Assembly (NCBI GenBank): GCA_036261625.1
Contig: DATAKL010000019.1
Location: 5,185 to 69,184 of the forward strand
Reading direction: 5' to 3'
DNA length: 64,000 nucleotides
From: Ignavibacteriales bacterium
GTDB lineage: Bacteria; Bacteroidota; Ignavibacteria; Ignavibacteriales; SURF-24
The position numbers were made by a program, and so were the translations under genes. A model generated the notes under the pieces. It was not told the DNA's origin, did not search any database, and saw only the letters and a list, made by a program, of their open reading frames with translations. Below are positions 25,874 through 34,057 of the stretch, piece by piece (the first letter of the stretch is position 1; the number at the start of each line of letters is the position of its first letter).

Positions 25874-27208
25874 AACCTGATGAAAATGCCACTTTGAAGT
25901 AAACCTCGATCCCCTCAAAGTTTCCCATATCAGCATAATGTAGACCGGCATGTATTCTGCAAGAAGTATAAAGATGGGCATTTGCCACACTCCGCTTAAC
26001 TTATAGTTTATGACTACATAGTTCGCCAGGCTTACCAGGGCAACAAAAAGAACACCGCTCCACCTGAAGCTTAATGGCAATAGTACCGCAAGCCATGTAA
26101 GATACCACGGATGAACTGTAGGTGAAAGGAGGAAAAATGTAAAGAATATCATGTACATCTTTTCCATTATTCCTTTATGCCTGAAGAAGATGTATATGCC
26201 TGCTATAATAAAAAGAACTGCAGAGACGAGCCTGGCCTTCTGGTTGTTATCCAGCAGGTCAAAGAATACTGAGAAGGCTGAACCGTTGAATGTCCAGTTT
26301 GTCGTAAATGTCACGAGGGCCTCAAACGGGAAAACCCCTCCTGTAATGTAAGGGAGATAGGTAAGTGCAAAAAACAGGAGCACAACAATGCATGCCAATA
26401 TCTTCTTATAAAACCGGCGTTCCAGCTCGTTGGCCGTATAGGGGAGTATCATTCCGGAAATGAGTTTTGTTGAAATTGAAAGCCCCAGAACGAGCAGAAA
26501 CCAGAATTTCTTGCGCCTGAAAAATAATATAATTGCCAATATGAGAAATGGAATACCCAGGCCGTCGACGTGCCCGTCTATCATAAACTGCATAACCGGC
26601 AGAGGGCAGAGCGCATAGAGCCCCACAAAGGACTCCGGGCGCCTCAGAAGCCTCAAAAGGAAAAGAAGCAGCATAATGGTTGCCACTTCAAAGATAAACA
26701 GGAACACCTTATAGCCCAGATAACTCTCGCCGAAAAGCTTGTAGGAGGCAAAGAAGACTACCTGCGCAACCGGGGGATAAATGGACTTCATCCCGGGAAA
26801 GTTCACCTTTGAGGGCAGATCCTTTGAATGCAGACTCACGAGGCTTGAATCGGCAGGAGCGTACCTGTAGGGGTTGATACCCGCTGCCTGCACCTTCCCG
26901 TCCCATATATAGCGGTTTATGTCGTCAGAGGCCGTAGGAGGGTAGAAGATTGCTGTAAGGCGGAACAATATTCCAACGGCAATCATCGTATAGGCAAGCC
27001 TTGTTGAACTTTCATTCTTAAGAAGAACATAACAGACGACAATAAAAATGAGTGAATTTAATACCGCGACAGTTGTATATGCAATTATCGGCTGACTTAA
27101 GTTAAGATAGAGTGAAAGGTAAAGTATTTCCGAGATCACGATCAGTACAATTAAAAGTGATACGGTCTGCTTCTTAAAAACTCGCAGGTACGTGGGCCAT
27201 CTGAGCAT
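25868..27208 (-). CDS. polytopic GT-C-type membrane glycosyltransferase-like protein (DUF2029/GT87-like)
   Basis: 446 aa with about 11 TM helices. The first periplasmic loop, SDDINRYIWDGKVQAAGINPYRY, is typical of polyprenol-phosphate-sugar-dependent glycosyltransferases. Confidence 0.62.
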   Translation of the reverse strand: MLRWPTYLRVFKKQTVSLLIVLIVISEILYLSLYLNLSQPIIAYTTVAVLNSLIFIVVCYVLLKNESSTRLAYTMIAVGILFRLTAIFYPPTASDDINRYIWDGKVQAAGINPYRYAPADSSLVSLHSKDLPSKVNFPGMKSIYPPVAQVVFFASYKLFGESYLGYKVFLFIFEVATIMLLLFLLRLLRRPESFVGLYALCPLPVMQFMIDGHVDGLGIPFLILAIILFFRRKKFWFLLVLGLSISTKLISGMILPYTANELERRFYKKILACIVVLLFFALTYLPYITGGVFPFEALVTFTTNWTFNGSAFSVFFDLLDNNQKARLVSAVLFIIAGIYIFFRHKGIMEKMYMIFFTFFLLSPTVHPWYLTWLAVLLPLSFRWSGVLFVALVSLANYVVINYKLSGVWQMPIFILLAEYMPVYIMLIWETLRGSRFTSKWHFHQVH

Positions 27209-27233
27209 CTGATATCCCTGTTTTGTTATCTGT

Positions 27234-28022
27234 TTAAAGTTCCTGTTTTGTGGTTTCCTGAATGAATCTTACAGAGGCTCTGATGAGGTGCCGCGGGAAG
27301 AAGCGGACACTATTGGCAACAATTCTGTTTAAGAGGCCATGTATCGCAATTACCTTGCCCTTCATCATAGCATCGAAACCGTATTGCGCAACATCACTTG
27401 CACTGGCGGCGGCGCCCTTCTTAAATAAACGCGCATTTTCCAGGCTTGCACGCCTCTGAAAGCCTGATGTAGTCGGACCCGGGCAGAGCGCCGTAACACT
27501 GACTCCCTTATCCTTCATCTCATTTGCAAGGGCCTCTGAAAATGAAAGAACGTAAGCTTTGGTTGCATAATATACGGCCATGAGGGGGCCGGGCTGAAAG
27601 GCTGCCGTGGAAGCCACGTTCAAAATGCGCCCACGTCCCCTTTGGGCCATTTCACGCCCGTAAAGGTGCGTCAGATAAGTAAGTGCCGCAATGTTAAGCT
27701 CAATCATCTTATAGTTTTTTTCCCAGTCCGATTCAACAAAGAAACCGTAATCGCCGAAGCCTGCGTTATTAATCAGTACGTCTATATTAACATTGTCATT
27801 TTTTAATTCATTACAGATTTTTTTAACGGACTCCATGGTTGAAAGATCTCCCGGTATTACCCTGACACTGACGCCATAGGAAGTTTCCAGCTCACTTTTG
27901 AGCTCCCGGAGAAGATCCTCGCGGCGTGCCGTAACGACGAGGTTGAATTTGTTACGGGCCATGATCTTTGCCAGTTCATACCCGATGCCTTCCGAAGCAC
28001 CGGTAATAAGTGCAGTTTCCAT
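27234..28022 (-). CDS. SDR family oxidoreductase
   Basis: The cofactor motif is TGASEGIG, NNAG is present, and the catalytic YxxxK is YYATKAY. Confidence 0.9.
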   Translation of the reverse strand: METALITGASEGIGYELAKIMARNKFNLVVTARREDLLRELKSELETSYGVSVRVIPGDLSTMESVKKICNELKNDNVNIDVLINNAGFGDYGFFVESDWEKNYKMIELNIAALTYLTHLYGREMAQRGRGRILNVASTAAFQPGPLMAVYYATKAYVLSFSEALANEMKDKGVSVTALCPGPTTSGFQRRASLENARLFKKGAAASASDVAQYGFDAMMKGKVIAIHGLLNRIVANSVRFFPRHLIRASVRFIQETTKQEL

Positions 28023-28248
28023 TAAAATTCCTTAAAATGCAAACATTAAAGTACAAAGTTCGAAGAACAAAATCGAGTCATCCGATTAAAGCCGGATTTT
28101 GTAGACAGGAGATATATGAAGTAAAAGTTCAGCGGCAGGCTTTAAGGATGAACTTAAAAATCCACAGGATGAACCAAAGACAAGCATCTCAGCATGGGTG
28201 CTTTGTGAGCCGGCGTTCCTCTCAGGCAGCACCCATGCGTGCAGATTT

Positions 28249-29115
28249 TCAGGATTCTGTAGGTTTGCCCCCGTTTGGATGAATTACCTGCCCTGTAATA
28301 TACTCTGAATCGGCCGATGCCAGGAATACATACGACGGGGCCACATCGCTCGGCTGACCGGGGCGTCCTAGGGGAGTATCCTTGCCGAAATTTTCCACCT
28401 TATCCTTTGGGAAAGTCGATGGAATAAGCGGTGTCCAGATCGGTCCCGGTGCAACGGCATTGACCCTGATCCCTTTTGGTGCCAGATTCAGGCTTAAAGA
28501 GCGCGTAAAGGATGTAATTGCTCCTTTTGTAGAGGAGTAGTCGAGAAGCTCCTTGTTCCCGTGATAGGCTGTAACACTGGTAGTGTTAACAATGCAGTCC
28601 CCCTTGTTCATATGCTTTAAGGCTTCCTGGCTTAAGTAAAACATTGAAAATATGTTTGTGCGGAAAGTTTTCTCCATCACATCCATATCCATTTCCTGCA
28701 GGTCCTCGGCCGGGTGCTGCTCTCCGGCATTGTTTACAAGCACGTTTAACTTTCCGAACTCCTCAATTACCTTTTTAACGGCATCTTTACAGAAGTCCCT
28801 GTCGCCCACGTCTCCCTGAATGAGCAGGCATTCCTTGCCTTCTTTCTCAACAAGCCTTCTGGTCTCCTGAGCGTCCTTGTGCTCCTGGAGATAAATGACT
28901 GCCACTTCGGCGCCTTCGCGTGCAAAGTGCACTGCAACTGCGCGGCCGATTCCTGAATCTCCTCCTGTAATGAGCGCTACTTTATTCTCAAGCTTTCCTG
29001 ATCCTTTGTAATCAGGACGTATTATCTCCGGCTCCGGATGCATCTTATGTTCGTGCCCCGGCTCGGCCTGCTTCTGCGGGGGAACCTGCTGGGGCTTTCC
29101 TGTGGTTTTACTCAT
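28249..29115 (-). CDS. SDR family oxidoreductase (YghA/YdaD-like)
   Basis: It carries KVALITGGDSGIGRAVAV, NNAG and YSSTKGA, with a basic/Pro-rich N-terminal extension typical of this subgroup. Confidence 0.9.
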   Translation of the reverse strand: MSKTTGKPQQVPPQKQAEPGHEHKMHPEPEIIRPDYKGSGKLENKVALITGGDSGIGRAVAVHFAREGAEVAVIYLQEHKDAQETRRLVEKEGKECLLIQGDVGDRDFCKDAVKKVIEEFGKLNVLVNNAGEQHPAEDLQEMDMDVMEKTFRTNIFSMFYLSQEALKHMNKGDCIVNTTSVTAYHGNKELLDYSSTKGAITSFTRSLSLNLAPKGIRVNAVAPGPIWTPLIPSTFPKDKVENFGKDTPLGRPGQPSDVAPSYVFLASADSEYITGQVIHPNGGKPTES

Positions 29116-29286
29116 TTTGTCTCCTTGCTCTTTTTGAGGTTACTGATAAAATCAATATAGAATTTGAAGATAGAATATCAATGCAGAATTAAAGTTAAGG
29201 GCAGTCCGGAATTATAATTGCCGGGGTTTGGGAGGCGGAATTTTCTTATATTTGTATCTTTAATTTATAAAAGTAAACCTGAAAGA

Positions 29287-31197
29287 ATGTCTAACAATAT
29301 AAATCCTGTTATAGTAACAGCCGGTGAGCTTGAAGTACACTTTGGCGAACACGTTATTCTGGATAAGGCCTCGCTTTCCATACATGAAGGCGACCGTATA
29401 GGCCTTATCGGAAGGAACGGTTCGGGCAAATCCACATTTCTTAAAATCATTGCCGGGCACCTGGAGCCCGATTCGGGAGTCGTTTCAAGAAAACGCGACC
29501 TTAGAACAGGCTACCTTTCCCAGGAGTTTACTCTTGAGGACAATAAAACCGTCTATGAAAATATTGTTGAAGGAGCCTCCGATGTTAAAGCCCTTCTTCA
29601 CGAATATGAAACACTTCCTCACGATTCCAATAAACGGCACCTTCTTGAGGAAAAGATCATTGCAGCCGACGGGTGGAACCTGGATCAGAGAATAAGAATC
29701 ATTATGCATTCACTCAATGCCCCTGAAGGTGAAAGACTTACAGGCACCTTGTCGGGAGGCGAAAAAAGACGCGTTGCAATGTGCAAGGCGCTCATTGCTC
29801 ACCCCGACTTCCTTATTCTGGATGAACCCACGAACCATCTGGACACAGAGTCTATTGAATGGACCGAGGAGTTTCTTGCCGGCTACTCAGGCACCTGTCT
29901 TTTTGTTACGCACGACCGCTACTTCCTCGACAGGATTGCCAACCGAATTGTTGAGCTTTCAAACGGCACTTTTTATTCTCATCAGGGTAACTATACAGAC
30001 TACCTTATAAACAAGGCCGAGCGTGAGTACAACCAGGAGCAGGAGGAAAACAAGCGCCAGTCATTCCTGAGGCGTGAGCTCGAATGGGTAAGAAAAGGCC
30101 CCAGAGCCCGCAGAACAAAAGCCAAAAGCCGTCTGGACCACTATTTTGAAGTGGCTTCTCAGCGCCCGCCTGAAAAGGAAGTGGACGTTGAGATGATAAT
30201 TCCGCCGGCTGTAAAGCCCGGCACAAAAATACTTAATCTGAAACACCTTTCGGCTGAAATAGGAGACAAAAAACTCTTCCAGGATCTTAATTTCATCTTT
30301 GAGGCTGGAAGGAAACTTGGCATCGTGGGACGTAACGGGCTGGGGAAAACAACACTTCTGAAGGTAATCTTAGGCGAAGTGCCCCCAAAAGAAGGAAAAG
30401 TGGAAACAGGGGAGAGGACATTTTTTAACTATGTCGACCAGGCAAGAATCCTTCTAAATGAGGATAATACAGTTCTTCAGGAATTAGGTCAGGGACGCGA
30501 TTTTATATCTTTCGGAGAAGAAAAACTTACAATCTGGAAATATTTAAGGCGTTTCCTTTTTACCGACGACAGAATTAATACAAAAATTGAACGCTTGTCG
30601 GGAGGAGAGAAAAGCAGACTCCTTTTAGCCCGTATTCTTAAAGACGGGGGCAACTTCCTTATTCTGGATGAGCCTACAAACGACCTGGACCTTCCGACGC
30701 TCAGAATTCTCGAGGAGGCTCTAACTGAGTTCGAGGGGTGCGTAATTGTGGTCAGCCACGACAGGTATTTTCTTAACCGCGTCTGCAACGGAATACTCGC
30801 CTTTGAAGGCGATGGTAATGTCTATTTCAGCGAGGGTGACTACGACTATTACCTGGAGAAAAGAAGGTTAAGGCTAAAGGAAGCTGAAAAGAAAACTTCA
30901 CCCGCTGCGGCGGCGCAGATAAAGGAAAAAATTCCTGAAAAACCAAAACCGGCCCAGAGAAAGCTCAAATGGAAAGAAGCGCGTGAGCTTGAGACAATTG
31001 AAAGCGACATAATGCTGGCAGAAGAGGAGGTCTCAAGAATTGAGGCAATATTCTCATCTGGTGACTTCTACGAAAAATATGCCAGGCAGACAAATGAACT
31101 CAACCTGGAACTGGAGAATGCAAAACAAAGAGTCCACCATCTCTACGAGAGGTGGGAGGAGCTTGAAAAGATAAAAAACGGCGAAATTGCAGAATAG
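29287..31197 (+). CDS. ABC-F family ATPase (Uup-like, C-terminal coiled coil)
   Basis: It has two ABC cassettes (GRNGSGKST / LSGGEKRR / LILDEPTNHLD and GRNGLGKTT / LSGGEKSR / LILDEPTNDLD) and no TM domain. The ATG at 29287 (MSNNINPV) is preferred over the listed start at 29218. Confidence 0.92.
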   Translation: MSNNINPVIVTAGELEVHFGEHVILDKASLSIHEGDRIGLIGRNGSGKSTFLKIIAGHLEPDSGVVSRKRDLRTGYLSQEFTLEDNKTVYENIVEGASDVKALLHEYETLPHDSNKRHLLEEKIIAADGWNLDQRIRIIMHSLNAPEGERLTGTLSGGEKRRVAMCKALIAHPDFLILDEPTNHLDTESIEWTEEFLAGYSGTCLFVTHDRYFLDRIANRIVELSNGTFYSHQGNYTDYLINKAEREYNQEQEENKRQSFLRRELEWVRKGPRARRTKAKSRLDHYFEVASQRPPEKEVDVEMIIPPAVKPGTKILNLKHLSAEIGDKKLFQDLNFIFEAGRKLGIVGRNGLGKTTLLKVILGEVPPKEGKVETGERTFFNYVDQARILLNEDNTVLQELGQGRDFISFGEEKLTIWKYLRRFLFTDDRINTKIERLSGGEKSRLLLARILKDGGNFLILDEPTNDLDLPTLRILEEALTEFEGCVIVVSHDRYFLNRVCNGILAFEGDGNVYFSEGDYDYYLEKRRLRLKEAEKKTSPAAAAQIKEKIPEKPKPAQRKLKWKEARELETIESDIMLAEEEVSRIEAIFSSGDFYEKYARQTNELNLELENAKQRVHHLYERWEELEKIKNGEIAE

Positions 31198-31319
31198 AGG
31201 GGATAAATTTAGTAACAGAATTGTGGAATTTTAAACTATTGAATATTTGTTTCGATAATATGACATCGTGTCAATTTTAAATAAACATAACTTTAATAAA
31301 GGATTAAAATTCAGGGAAA

Positions 31320-32159
31320 ATGACCCGGATAATATTTTCACATAAACCTTCTGAAATGCATCTGAAGAACCCTTCAGGCGCAGGGCATCTGTTCATTATT
31401 GGCGGGGGGCCCAGGCCGCCCTATATGATGGAAAGGTTTATTGAACTTGCCGGGGGAATAGACTCGAAGATTGTTATTGTGCCTGCAGCAAGCACAACAC
31501 CTTTGGAAACCGGCATGCGTCATAAGACTGAACTTGAAAATGCCGGATGCATGTACCTAAGCGTCATAAACTGCCTTAAGAGGGAAGATGCCGACACGAG
31601 TGAAAATCTTGCAATGCTCTCAGGCGCCGGAGCAGTTTTCTTTTCGGGAGGGGACCAGAATAAACTTGTTGCATCTCTTAAGGGAACCAGGTTACTTGAG
31701 AAGATTAAGAATGTTTATCTTTCGGGCGGCGTAATAGGCGGCACAAGCGCAGGGGCAGCCATTATGAGCAAAGTTATGATCGGCGGCGACGGCCTGAACA
31801 ACAGTGACACATCCCCCTACCTTTTTAATCCTATCGTAAGAGAACATGTAAAGCTTTCAGAAGGCTTCGGATTCCTGGAAAATGCCATCATAGACCAGCA
31901 CTTTAATACCCGCTCGAGAAAAAACCGCCTGATAAATGCCGTCCTGGAGCACCCGCAGCTTTCAGGCGTGGGCATTGACGAATCCACCGCAATTATTGTA
32001 AACCCCGAGGGGAGCTTTGAGGTCCTGGGGGAGAACAACGTTCTCGTTTTCAGCCTCCTTCCCGATGACGAGCAAAGCCAGGCCGACTCTTCAAGCAATA
32101 TCGATATCAAGATCCTCAAGTCGGGCGACAGGTATATCTTTCCCGCTGTTACCACATAA
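31320..32159 (+). CDS. cphE: cyanophycinase (peptidase S51)
   Basis: Motifs present are FIIGGG, FFSGGDQNKL, the nucleophile elbow GGTSAGAAIMS, the His block IDQHFNTRSRKNRL and GVGIDESTAIIV. Confidence 0.85.
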   Translation: MTRIIFSHKPSEMHLKNPSGAGHLFIIGGGPRPPYMMERFIELAGGIDSKIVIVPAASTTPLETGMRHKTELENAGCMYLSVINCLKREDADTSENLAMLSGAGAVFFSGGDQNKLVASLKGTRLLEKIKNVYLSGGVIGGTSAGAAIMSKVMIGGDGLNNSDTSPYLFNPIVREHVKLSEGFGFLENAIIDQHFNTRSRKNRLINAVLEHPQLSGVGIDESTAIIVNPEGSFEVLGENNVLVFSLLPDDEQSQADSSSNIDIKILKSGDRYIFPAVTT

Positions 32160-32337
32160 TATTATTTAAGTAAGGACTTTCCGTTTTTCCACGTCATTCC
32201 CCTTCGAAACAGCTCTCATAGTTTAAAAAGGCAGGAAATTAGGGACATAATTTTCAGCACTTTCCATTATTGGCAGAAATTTACATTATATATTATCAGC
32301 CTGGATAAGGGTGAATCTCTGAAATTAAGAGCATTTT

Positions 32338-32943
32338 ATGAAGACTCCCAAAGGGAAAGTTATGATCATTGGCGGTGCCGAAGAAAGGGAAGGCCGCCAG
32401 GTGCCTGCATTGCAGGAGGAAAATGAGGATGCCATTCCTTTTTCTATCCTGAAAGAAATTCTTCCGGTATCAAAGAACAAAAAACCGATTAAAGTTTTAC
32501 TCACTGCGCTTAAGGAACCGGATGATGCAGGGAAAACCTATAGGGACACCTTCATTAAACTCGGCTTTAGTAACGCTGAAGTAATAAACCTGAACTCAAG
32601 GAAAATGGCCTCCGACCCCGGCATGGTAAAAGATATTGAGGCCTCCCTGTTTTTCAGCGGGGGAAATCAGTTAAGGCTGATACAAACTATTCTTCAGAAT
32701 CCAACCTGTGTAGGCATCGGTCTGGGTGAGGATACGGCTTTGATTGTTTCAAAGGGCAATATAATGAAGTGCATCGGAAGCGGTATGGTTATTGTCATTG
32801 ATGGCTCCCAGATCAGGTATACTAATATCCTTAGTGCGGATTTGGATTCTCCTTTGAGCGTTGAGGGATCAGTGGTGCATATACTTGCAAAAGGCAACGG
32901 CTATAAGCTCAGGGAGAGACAGTACATACCGGAAGTAAAATAA
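32338..32943 (+). CDS. cyanophycinase-like protein lacking the catalytic core (pseudoenzyme or in-frame-deleted pseudogene)
   Basis: The ends look like S51 cyanophycinase (MIIGGAEEREG; LFFSGGNQLRL; QNPTCVGIGLGEDTALIV; VHILAKGNGYKLRER). The segment carrying the GTSAG serine and the DQHF histidine is missing, and the product is 201 aa against ~270-280. Confidence 0.6.
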   Translation: MKTPKGKVMIIGGAEEREGRQVPALQEENEDAIPFSILKEILPVSKNKKPIKVLLTALKEPDDAGKTYRDTFIKLGFSNAEVINLNSRKMASDPGMVKDIEASLFFSGGNQLRLIQTILQNPTCVGIGLGEDTALIVSKGNIMKCIGSGMVIVIDGSQIRYTNILSADLDSPLSVEGSVVHILAKGNGYKLRERQYIPEVK

Positions 32944-33048
32944 GGAAAAACAAGAAGAGAAAATGAAAGTCTAAGTGAGGGAGACTGTTTCTGCCGCAGT
33001 AAAAGTTTTTCTGCGGCATGCCGTATATTATTAAACTGAAAAATCAAT

Positions 33049-33975
33049 ATGGAAAAAGAATTTATTATAGCCGTTCACGGCGGGGCACAGAATAAAGATA
33101 AGAATACATTTACCCCTGAACTGGAGGAGGCCTATAAAAAGGGAATTGAAGAGGCACTCTATACAGGCTGGGAGGTCTTGAATGATGACGGAACGGCTTT
33201 AGATGCCGTAGAAAGTGCTGTGAGAGTACTCGAGGATAACCCGATATTCAATGCCGGACGCGGCTCTGCAATTAACCGCGACGGGGAGACTGAACAGGAT
33301 GCAGCTATTATGTGCGGTGAAACACTCAGGGCCGGAGCTGTTGCAGCTGTCAGACTGGTCAAAAATCCCGTAAGTCTTGCCAGAAAAATAATGGAAACCA
33401 CAGAGCATGTTATGCTTTCCGGAGACGGAGCCCTGGAATTTGCCAGACAGAGGGGACTTGAGCTGCGTGAGGCTGAGTACTTTATTACGCAGGAAAAGCT
33501 GGAGGAACTGAGGAAAATAGTATCCCGGGAAAATTTTTCAGGCAGCAGAGATACTGTCGGTGCTGTGGCTCTCGATAAAAAAGGCAATCTTGCGGCAGCT
33601 ACATCAACCGGAGGACTGACAAATAAATTTAAAGGCAGGGTAGGCGACAGCCCGATTATTGGCGCAGGCACCTATGCTAATAATGATGCATGCGCGGTTT
33701 CATGCACAGGTGACGGAGAATTTATTATTAGAGGAGTTTTTGCTCACCTCATCTATGCACTGATGAAACTTAAGGGCATGTCTCTTCATGATGCCGCCGG
33801 TGAAGTATTCCGCATAAATGGTGAATACCTGAAGACCGAGATGGGAATTATTGCCGTGGGTAAAAATGCAGAGGTGGAGATGTTTTATAATACACTCCCC
33901 ATGTACCGCGGCTACAGGAAAAATCAGGATCCTGCATTTCTGGCTATATGGGAAGATGAGTTCAGATTAGAATGA
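33049..33975 (+). CDS. iaaA: isoaspartyl peptidase / L-asparaginase (Ntn hydrolase)
   Basis: It has IAVHGGA, NAGRGSA, the autoprocessing/nucleophile site GSRDT-VGAVALD (Thr169, nt ~33553) and the blocks GRVGDSPIIGAG and CTGDGE. Confidence 0.9.
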   Translation: MEKEFIIAVHGGAQNKDKNTFTPELEEAYKKGIEEALYTGWEVLNDDGTALDAVESAVRVLEDNPIFNAGRGSAINRDGETEQDAAIMCGETLRAGAVAAVRLVKNPVSLARKIMETTEHVMLSGDGALEFARQRGLELREAEYFITQEKLEELRKIVSRENFSGSRDTVGAVALDKKGNLAAATSTGGLTNKFKGRVGDSPIIGAGTYANNDACAVSCTGDGEFIIRGVFAHLIYALMKLKGMSLHDAAGEVFRINGEYLKTEMGIIAVGKNAEVEMFYNTLPMYRGYRKNQDPAFLAIWEDEFRLE

Positions 33976-34057
33976 CTTAATAGCAGCCCGGGAGTGTCTC
34001 CTATGCCGGAGTTGATGCTGAAAAGTAAGGGAAGATGTGTAATTATCAGAGGATTGT

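Noticed and set aside
28192-28238. A 10-bp inverted repeat (gcatgggtgc / gcacccatgc) with a 27-nt loop just after the stop of the SDR gene at 28249.
   Set aside because: It could be a terminator-like hairpin, but there is no U-run on the relevant strand and the loop is long. This is not enough for a feature call.
33159-33671. A 170-aa minus-strand ORF rich in Ser/Pro/Ala.
   Set aside because: It is antisense shadow of iaaA and its composition is an artefact of the opposite strand.
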